A stretch of 7,245 bases of DNA, taken from assembly GCA_964457525.1 (NCBI GenBank), contig CAYWGS010000073.1, positions 1 through 7,245 on the forward strand, in the 5' to 3' direction. This document shows, one piece after another, positions 1 through 5,461 of the stretch (position 1 is the stretch's first letter; each line of letters begins with the position of its first letter). This stretch comes from an uncultured Erysipelotrichaceae bacterium (lineage in GTDB: Bacteria; Bacillota_I; Bacilli_A; Erysipelotrichales; Erysipelotrichaceae). The position numbers and the translations under genes were made by a program. The notes below the pieces were generated by a model. It was not told the DNA's origin, ran no database searches, and saw only the letters and a list, made by a program, of their open reading frames with translations.

Positions 1-13
1 TGGACCTTTTCAT
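1..13 (-). CDS. 5' end (about 4 codons, MKRS...) of an unidentified gene running off the left edge
   Basis: On the minus strand, AGGAGA (plus 18-23) lies shortly upstream of ATG (plus 13-11), about 40 nt after the stop of the upstream dehydrogenase gene on the same strand. Too little sequence is visible to identify the product. Confidence 0.25.
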
Positions 14-53
14 TTGTCTCCTATTCTTAGCTGTTTATTCGTTACAGCCTCTT

Positions 54-1298
54 TTATTTTCCGATTCGATAAACTTGCCCTGAATCGGTTATGGTGTAAA
101 GAGCTCCATCATTTCCTTCTGTAATATCTCTAAACCGTTGACCTAAATTCTCCGCAATTCTTTCTTCACCAATCACTCGATTATCTCGAATTAGTAATCG
201 TGTAATGTGTTGAGCTTTTAAACTACTGATAAACAAGTTGTTTTGCCATTCTTTTATCACATCCGATTCATAGAAGATCATACCCGCTGGTGCAATTACA
301 GGATCCCAGTAATAGAGAGGTTGTTCAAGTCCATCTCTAACACTAATTCCCTCACCAATTGGTAAACCACTATACTCTTCTCCATAACTGATAATTGGCC
401 AACCATAGTTCTGACCTGATTCAATAAGATTTAATTCATCACCACCTTGAGGTCCCATTTCATTTGCCCATAATTCATGTGTTAATGGATGAATCGCTAA
501 ACCTTGTATATTACGATGCCCAATCGAATAGATTGCTTGATGAGCTGAATCATTATGATAAAAAGGATTTGTATTTACAGCATTTCCATCTGTATCAATG
601 TAAAGAATCTTACCATGACCATTATCCAATTTTTGTGCATTTCCACGTGTACTCAAACTTTGTCGATCCCCTGTTGAAACATATAAATTACCCTTATCAT
701 CCATTACAATACGACTTCCATAATGATTGTTTCCGCTGAAATAGGGGAGAGCTCGATAAATTATTGTAAACTGACTTATTGTAGTATTTTCTAAGTCAAG
801 CTGTGCTTTAGCAACAGCTGTTACAGAACCTTGATTTGCTTTCTCGGCCAAAGTAAAATATACCGTTTTATCGATTTCAAAGTCTGGGCTTACTAATACA
901 TCCAGTAAACCTCCTTGACCAGAATCATCGATTTCATCCGTAACAAAGATTTTATCGGATACGTTTCCATCTTGATTGAGAATTCTGATTGTTCCTGATT
1001 TTTCTGTGATGATAAACTGTCCACTTGGAAGACTATCAATCCCCCATGGAGAATCTAATCCTTCACGTATCAAATCAACAGAATAGGATTCAACAGTTTT
1101 AATACCCTTAGCTCTTGTTTGACCTTCAAAATAAGGTTTAAATTCTGTGTTAGTAGGCTCTGTTTCAACAGGGTCATAGAACACAATCTCTTCAACAACC
1201 TCTGGTTCAGGTAAAATAGGTTTAGGGTCCTTCTCAACGATTGGGCTTTTTACACATGATGTGAGTAGAAGAACAACTAAAAGAGTCACTTTTATCAT
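54..1298 (-). CDS. PQQ-dependent (soluble) aldose/sugar dehydrogenase, sGDH / YliI(Asd)-like beta-propeller family; predicted lipoprotein
   Basis: The translation aligns by eye along its length with E. coli YliI and Acinetobacter sGDH. Shared motifs include GQGGLLDV, NHYGSRIV (catalytic His region), GHRNIQGLA, GPQGGDELN, NYGWP and RFRDI. I place the start at ATG 1298-1296, preceded by GGGAGGA (plus 1301-1310 gaatcctccc), not at the TTG at 1340 used by the ORF track. From that Met the N-terminus MIKVTLLVVLLLTSC is a signal peptide with an L-T-S-C lipobox (Cys codon 1256-1254). Confidence 0.88.
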   Translation of the reverse strand: MIKVTLLVVLLLTSCVKSPIVEKDPKPILPEPEVVEEIVFYDPVETEPTNTEFKPYFEGQTRAKGIKTVESYSVDLIREGLDSPWGIDSLPSGQFIITEKSGTIRILNQDGNVSDKIFVTDEIDDSGQGGLLDVLVSPDFEIDKTVYFTLAEKANQGSVTAVAKAQLDLENTTISQFTIIYRALPYFSGNNHYGSRIVMDDKGNLYVSTGDRQSLSTRGNAQKLDNGHGKILYIDTDGNAVNTNPFYHNDSAHQAIYSIGHRNIQGLAIHPLTHELWANEMGPQGGDELNLIESGQNYGWPIISYGEEYSGLPIGEGISVRDGLEQPLYYWDPVIAPAGMIFYESDVIKEWQNNLFISSLKAQHITRLLIRDNRVIGEERIAENLGQRFRDITEGNDGALYTITDSGQVYRIGK

Positions 1299-1402
1299 AG
1301 GAATCCTCCCATTATTAAAAACAGTATAGTTGTTTATCAATCAATATTCACGCACTATACATTTCGACTTATTCATTCTATGATTGTAAATAAGAGGTAA
1401 AC

Positions 1403-1822
1403 ATGGAAAATCCAATCATAAATTTCGATGAGTTTTATCATAGTGATGCATTAGAAATGGGGTTAAATGCAATTAGACTGGTCAAAGAAAAACAACTAAG
1501 ACGTATCGGAGTACGAGTATTGCTTGATAATAAACTTGTATTTCAATATTTAATGGATGGAAAGAATGAAGATAATTACTTAAGAGGCAAAGAAAAGGTT
1601 GTAATGACGACAAACAAGAGTTCAATGTTTGTTTATGAAAATCAAGATCAATTTAAAGACCTATTAGAAGATCCATCTTATAGTGTTAGTGGGGGTGCTA
1701 TTCCGATTGTGATAAAGGGTGAAGTAAGGGGTGTAATTAGTATTTCAGGAATGACCCAAGAATTAGATCATTCAATTGCGAATGAAGTTCTTACACTACA
1801 ATATCATCAAAAGAATCGGTAA
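1403..1822 (+). CDS. UPF0303 / GlcG-like 'heme-degrading domain-containing' protein (DUF336/PF03928 fold)
   Basis: 139 aa with SD AAGAGGT (1392-1398) before ATG 1403. The pattern matches the family: an N-terminal F..F....A.E.GL helix, DN..L..K...V, and a C-terminal SGGAIPIVIKGEVRGVISISGMTQELDH (GG.(F/I)PI...G..IG.I.VSG....DH signature). The biochemical function of this family is not established. Confidence 0.75.
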   Translation: MENPIINFDEFYHSDALEMGLNAIRLVKEKQLRRIGVRVLLDNKLVFQYLMDGKNEDNYLRGKEKVVMTTNKSSMFVYENQDQFKDLLEDPSYSVSGGAIPIVIKGEVRGVISISGMTQELDHSIANEVLTLQYHQKNR

Positions 1823-1896
1823 TTACTTTTCTAATTGTAATGTGGTTATCTGAATGCAATAATTAAATTAACAACAAATCATAATAAGGAGCACTA

Positions 1897-3282
1897 ATGC
1901 AATTTCAAACAGCTGAGCCGTTTAGAATTAAGATGATTGAACATGTTAAAAAAACATGCAAAGAAGATCGTATTAAGTGGTTAAAAGAGACAAACTATAA
2001 TGTGTTTAAGATCAAAGCTGAGAATGTTTACATCGACTGTTTAACGGATAGTGGAACCAGCGCTATGAGTAAAAACCAATGGGCTGCACTTATGATGGGA
2101 GATGAATCGTATGCGAGTTGTGATAGTTTCTTTAAACTCGAACAATCCGTTCATGAAGTTTTTGACTTCCCATATGTACAACCCGTTCATCAAGGTAGAG
2201 CGGCAGATTATCTATTAGCTAAACTCTATACACAACCAGGTAAAATAGCGATAGGTAATATGCATTTTGATACATTTAGAGGGAATGCGGAAGTTTTAGG
2301 TGCATTGGTAGAAGATTTAGTTAAGGATGAAGGTAAAGATGCATCGAGTCCGGCTTCTCCTTTTAAAGGGAACATCGATTTAAATAAGTGTGAACGAATC
2401 ATTCAAGAAAAGGGACTTGATTCGATCAGTGTAATTATCTTAACTGTGACCTGTAATAATAATGGCGGTCAACCCGTATCGATGCAAAACATCAAGGATA
2501 CGGCCGCATTCGCAAAGAAATATAATATTCCATTTGTGATGGATATTGCACGTGTAGCGGAGAATGCATACTTTATTAAGACACGTGAAGAAGCGTATAA
2601 GAATCATAGTATTGCGGATATCATCAAAGAAAGTGTTGCTTATTGTGAAACTGCAGTAATGAGTGCTAAGAAAGATGGTTTAGTCAATATTGGTGGTCTA
2701 TTCTTAACTCGCAATCAAGATCTATTTGCGATGGCGAATCAACTTGCGATTGTACATGAAGGTTTCTTAACCTATGGTGGTTTGGCAGGAAGAGATCTAG
2801 AAGCATTAGCGGTTGGTCTAAAAGAAGTATGTGATTTTGATTATCTTGACTATCGAATTAAACAAGTTGAATACTTGGGAAATCAACTCAAACAAAGAGG
2901 TGTCCCAATTATTGAACCAACAGGCGGACATGGGGTGTATGTAGATGCGAAACGTTTCTTTGACCATATTCCACAATCGGAGTTTCCAGCACAACGCTTG
3001 GTTGTCGCTCTGTATGAAGAAGCAGGGATTCGTGCGGTTGAGTTAGGGGCATGTGCATTTGGTAGTAAAGATCCTGTAACAGGCGAAGATATCTGGCCAG
3101 AACTTGAAACCATGCGTATTGCGATTTCAAGACGTGTTTATACCAATGATCATATGGATTGTATTGCGAATGCACTCGGATATATTTATCAAAATAGACA
3201 TACTTATAAGGGTTTAAAACTTGTTTATCAAGGCCCAATTCTATCGCTCAGACATTTTACAGCAGGATTTGAATTACTCTAA
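1897..3282 (+). CDS. tnaA: Tryptophanase (tryptophan indole-lyase), PLP-dependent beta-eliminating lyase family
   Basis: 461 aa with SD AAGGAG (1886-1891). It is collinear by eye with E. coli TnaA and C. freundii tyrosine phenol-lyase: EPFRIK, YIDCLTDSGTSAMS, MMGDESYA, HQGR, GGQPVSM, ENAYFIK, the PLP-lysine motif MSAKKDGL (second Lys = codon 259, nt 2671-2673), YGGLAGRD, GGHGVYVD and RHFTA. The specificity positions are TnaA-like (Asp125 in HFDT, V-E-L383-G, His453 in RHFTA). See findings. Confidence 0.85.
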   Translation: MQFQTAEPFRIKMIEHVKKTCKEDRIKWLKETNYNVFKIKAENVYIDCLTDSGTSAMSKNQWAALMMGDESYASCDSFFKLEQSVHEVFDFPYVQPVHQGRAADYLLAKLYTQPGKIAIGNMHFDTFRGNAEVLGALVEDLVKDEGKDASSPASPFKGNIDLNKCERIIQEKGLDSISVIILTVTCNNNGGQPVSMQNIKDTAAFAKKYNIPFVMDIARVAENAYFIKTREEAYKNHSIADIIKESVAYCETAVMSAKKDGLVNIGGLFLTRNQDLFAMANQLAIVHEGFLTYGGLAGRDLEALAVGLKEVCDFDYLDYRIKQVEYLGNQLKQRGVPIIEPTGGHGVYVDAKRFFDHIPQSEFPAQRLVVALYEEAGIRAVELGACAFGSKDPVTGEDIWPELETMRIAISRRVYTNDHMDCIANALGYIYQNRHTYKGLKLVYQGPILSLRHFTAGFELL

Positions 3283-3309
3283 GATCGTATTAAACGATCT
3301 TTTCTTTTA
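3281..3309 (+). terminator. Rho-independent terminator of the UPF0303-tnaA unit
   Basis: AGATCGT (3282-3288) pairs with ACGATCT (3294-3300) around a 5-nt loop, extendable to 8 bp with a3281/t3301. It is followed by TTTCTTTT and overlaps the tnaA stop codon. Confidence 0.75.
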
Positions 3310-3334
3310 ATAGTAGGAATCGTTCTTAATTGTA

Positions 3335-3364
3335 TTGATTTAGACTTAAGTACAGGAGTAAACT
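3335..3364 (+). promoter_or_regulatory. Putative hydrogenase promoter with an operator-like dyad: -35 TTGATT, 18-nt spacer, -10 TAAACT
   Basis: TTGATT (3335-3340) and TAAACT (3359-3364) are separated by 18 nt. The spacer contains the perfect palindrome ACTTAAGT (3344-3351). The first 25 nt match 19/25 to the MerR-type promoter at 6858-6882. It lies between the tnaA terminator and the SD GGAGG (3378-3382). Confidence 0.4.
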
Positions 3365-3389
3365 TAATGTAAGAAACGGAGGAATAACC

Positions 3390-4880
3390 ATGAGAGGTGT
3401 ATTCACAACGGTAAAATTTTTAAGAAACGAAATATTTAAAAACATAACAGTCGCAGCGTATGAAGGTTGGACAAAGGAACAAATCGAAAATATTCCAAAT
3501 GAAATATTGGTTGATGGAGCTCCGAACTATCGTGATACAGTTGAAAGAGAACGTGAAATTGTTCGTGCAAGAATTAAAGCAGCTATGAACATGGAAATGG
3601 GGTCACGCTTTGATGAACATTTCATTGAAGAAGATTTAGAAGTTCTTAAACATAAAAAGGTTTCTAAAGATTTAGTTACGGTAATTCCACAAGCTTGTGA
3701 GAAATGCCCTGAAAAGAGTTTCTTTGTGACCAATGCATGTCATGGTTGTTTAGCGCATCCTTGTGTGGAAGTTTGTCCTGTCAATGCGGTTAGCTTAATT
3801 GACAAACATGCTTATATTGATCAAGAAAAATGTATCAAATGTGGAAAATGTTACGATGTATGTCCTTATGGATCCATCGTTAAAAATGAGAGACCTTGTA
3901 ATGTTGCATGTGGAGTTAATGCGATCACAAAAGACGCTGAAGATCGTGCAGTCATCGTTACGGATAAATGTGTTAGCTGTGGTATGTGTATGGTTTCTTG
4001 CCCATTCGGTGCAATTGTAGATAAGTCTGAAATCTATCAATTAGTTGAAGCGCTCAAAGGGCCAGAAGAAGTCTGTGCAATCATCGCTCCAGCCTTTGTT
4101 GGCCAATTTGGGGATAAAGTAACACCAGATCAAGTTGTAGAAGGCTTATTGCAATTAGGATTTAATGATGTAGGTGAAGTTGCGTATGGAGCAGATATAA
4201 CAACAGTCGATGAAGCTAGACACTTCTTGAAACACGTTCCACTGGACCAACCATTCCTAGCAACTTCCTGTTGTCCTGCTTGGTTACAAGTTGCCCAGAA
4301 AGAATTAGGGGATAAGAAGTACTGTGTTTCTGATTCTTCCTCTCCGATGGTTGAAACAGCAAATTATCTTCGTCGTAATTTCCCAAATACTAAGATTGTA
4401 TTCGTTGGGCCATGTTCCGCTAAGAAATTTGAAGCAGCCTACATGGATGTCCATAATAGTGTCGATTTCGTAATAACCTATGAAGAAATCAATGCGATGT
4501 TAGTCGCACGTGGCATCGATCTCGCAAAACTTGAACCAACTCAGAAACTCAATCATGCGTCTGTTGATGGTCGTGGATTTGCGATTTCTGGTGGAGTACT
4601 CAACGCGGTTGAAAACGTCATCCGTCGTTTAGATCCAGATCGAGTTGTAAAAGTTGAAAAAGCAGAAACCCTGCATAATTGTAAAAGAATGTTACTTCTT
4701 GCGAAAGCAGGCAAACGAGATAACTATTTACTTGAAGGAATGGCTTGTCCTGGAGGTTGTGTGGGTGGAGCAGGTACCATTATTCATCAAACACGAGCTA
4801 TCGCAAATGTCACAAATTTCGCAAGATCTTCTGAACGTTCAAGTGCTCTAAAGACATACGAAGAAATTAAAGAAAAATAA
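3390..4880 (+). CDS. [FeFe]-hydrogenase, monomeric group-B-like (B1/B3 type), with an N-terminal poly-ferredoxin region
   Basis: 496 aa. All three H-cluster motifs are present: TSCCPAW (aa 292-298, from nt 4263), GPCSAKKFE (aa 340-348, nt 4407-4433) and EGMACPGGCVGGAG (aa 449-462, nt 4734-4775). There are 16 Cys between aa 103 and 204 (nt 3696-4001), arranged as Cx2Cx10Cx2Cx4Cx3CP, Cx2Cx2Cx3CP, Cx3C and Cx2Cx2Cx3CP, enough for up to four [4Fe-4S] clusters. The N-terminal stretch (VKFLRNEIFKNITVAAYEG...) resembles, from memory, the group B1/B3 family rather than group A enzymes such as CpI. Confidence 0.9.
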   Translation: MRGVFTTVKFLRNEIFKNITVAAYEGWTKEQIENIPNEILVDGAPNYRDTVEREREIVRARIKAAMNMEMGSRFDEHFIEEDLEVLKHKKVSKDLVTVIPQACEKCPEKSFFVTNACHGCLAHPCVEVCPVNAVSLIDKHAYIDQEKCIKCGKCYDVCPYGSIVKNERPCNVACGVNAITKDAEDRAVIVTDKCVSCGMCMVSCPFGAIVDKSEIYQLVEALKGPEEVCAIIAPAFVGQFGDKVTPDQVVEGLLQLGFNDVGEVAYGADITTVDEARHFLKHVPLDQPFLATSCCPAWLQVAQKELGDKKYCVSDSSSPMVETANYLRRNFPNTKIVFVGPCSAKKFEAAYMDVHNSVDFVITYEEINAMLVARGIDLAKLEPTQKLNHASVDGRGFAISGGVLNAVENVIRRLDPDRVVKVEKAETLHNCKRMLLLAKAGKRDNYLLEGMACPGGCVGGAGTIIHQTRAIANVTNFARSSERSSALKTYEEIKEK

Positions 4881-4887
4881 GTAAAAA

Positions 4888-4909
4888 AAACTACCCATCA
4901 AGGTAGTTT
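4888..4909. terminator. Bidirectional intrinsic terminator shared by the convergent hydrogenase and ferritin genes
   Basis: AAACTACC (4888-4895) pairs with GGTAGTTT (4902-4909) around a 6-nt loop. An A-run (4883-4890) lies on one side and T-rich sequence on the other. Read on the minus strand, the hairpin is followed by a long U-run, so it is the stronger terminator for ferritin. Confidence 0.8.
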
Positions 4910-4918
4910 CTTACTTTA

Positions 4919-5401
4919 TTATGCTCTTTGTCCTAGACGATCATCCATCATCATGATACCAATTGGTGTAGGTACCTTTTCTAATCGAGTAATGATGTCG
5001 ACTAATGTAGATTCTTCTTCAACTTGTTCATCGATAAACCATGAATATAAGTTCGCTAATGCGTATTCCTTAGCAGCAGTTGCTTCTTCGTAAAGTTTAA
5101 CGATACGAGCCGTTACTTTCTTTTCATGTTCTAAAGATAGTTTGAAGAGTTCCATAAATCCTGGGAAATCAACTGGACCAGCCGCAACTGGTGTTAAGAT
5201 AACTCTTTCATTGATTTCTTGTAAGAAATGCATCATCTTTTTACCATGTGAGATTTCTTCTTCAGCTTGTTTTTCCATCCATTTAGCTGTACCTGGGTAA
5301 CCATTTTCTTGTGCCCAAGCGGACATGGATAAATAGAGATAACTTGATTCAAATTCAAAGTTAATTTGGTCTAATGCTAATTCAAGTAGTTCTTTTTTCA
5401 T
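4919..5401 (-). CDS. ftn: Non-heme bacterial ferritin (Ftn)
   Basis: 160 aa with SD AAGGAGAA (plus 5406-5413). It is collinear with E. coli FtnA: QINFEFESSYLYLSMSAW, the ferroxidase-centre ligand pattern E..(AEEEISH)..E(LEHEKK)..(DEQVEEE), and a four-helix-bundle length. Confidence 0.88.
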   Translation of the reverse strand: MKKELLELALDQINFEFESSYLYLSMSAWAQENGYPGTAKWMEKQAEEEISHGKKMMHFLQEINERVILTPVAAGPVDFPGFMELFKLSLEHEKKVTARIVKLYEEATAAKEYALANLYSWFIDEQVEEESTLVDIITRLEKVPTPIGIMMMDDRLGQRA

Positions 5402-5437
5402 AGTATTCTCCTTGAAATAACTATACCATAATCAAGA

Positions 5438-5453
5438 TATCTTTTAAAAGATA
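5438..5453. promoter_or_regulatory. 16-bp perfect palindrome TATCTTTTAAAAGATA in the MATE-ferritin intergenic gap (operator candidate or weak hairpin)
   Basis: Read directly from the sequence. It sits 9 nt after the MATE stop codon and about 37-52 nt upstream of the ferritin ATG. Its function is unknown. Confidence 0.3.
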
Positions 5454-5461
5454 AGACATGG

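Noticed and set aside
31-49. Small hairpin GCTGT-N9-ACAGC downstream of the dehydrogenase stop (minus strand)
   Set aside because: It has only a 5-bp stem, a 9-nt loop and no U-run. The next gene's SD follows directly, so read-through or an operon is more likely than termination.
464-739. 91-aa plus-strand ORF (His/Tyr-rich) inside the dehydrogenase gene
   Set aside because: It lies entirely antisense to a well-supported CDS. It has a low-complexity composition, no SD and no recognisable motifs. It looks like a typical shadow ORF of an AT-rich gene.
1299-1402. Divergent intergenic region: 7-bp inverted repeat GTATAGT (1324-1330) / ACTATAC (1354-1360), which also reads as a TATAGT -10-like box on each strand
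   Set aside because: Neither TATAGT has a credible -35 at 16-18 nt, and the repeat is short for AT-rich DNA. Promoters must exist here, but I cannot place them with confidence.
1840-1866. Mini-ORF ATG TGG TTA TCT GAA TGC AAT AAT TAA (MWLSECNN*) with a Trp codon, 30 nt upstream of tnaA; considered as a TnaC-like leader peptide
   Set aside because: There is no Shine-Dalgarno sequence in front of it. It has only 8 codons, with Trp at position 2, whereas TnaC needs a Trp about 12 residues before a C-terminal Pro-stop. There is no room for a Rho-dependent attenuator in the remaining 30 nt. It is most likely chance, though ribosome profiling could revisit this.
2883-3238. Two minus-strand ORFs (76 and 109 aa) inside tnaA
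   Set aside because: Both are antisense shadow ORFs within a strongly supported CDS, with no SD and no family resemblance.
3355-3372. GGAG followed 8 nt later by ATG-TAA (a start-stop mini-cistron) just upstream of the hydrogenase SD
   Set aside because: It falls at or upstream of the TSS expected from the -10 proposed at 3359-3364, so it is probably not on the mRNA. ATG-TAA arises easily by chance in AT-rich DNA.
3527-4851. Four short ORFs (3527-3733 -, 3795-4040 -, 3799-4020 +, 4654-4851 +) overlapping the hydrogenase gene
   Set aside because: All are nested in alternative frames or antisense to the hydrogenase CDS. They have no translation signals or recognisable domains.
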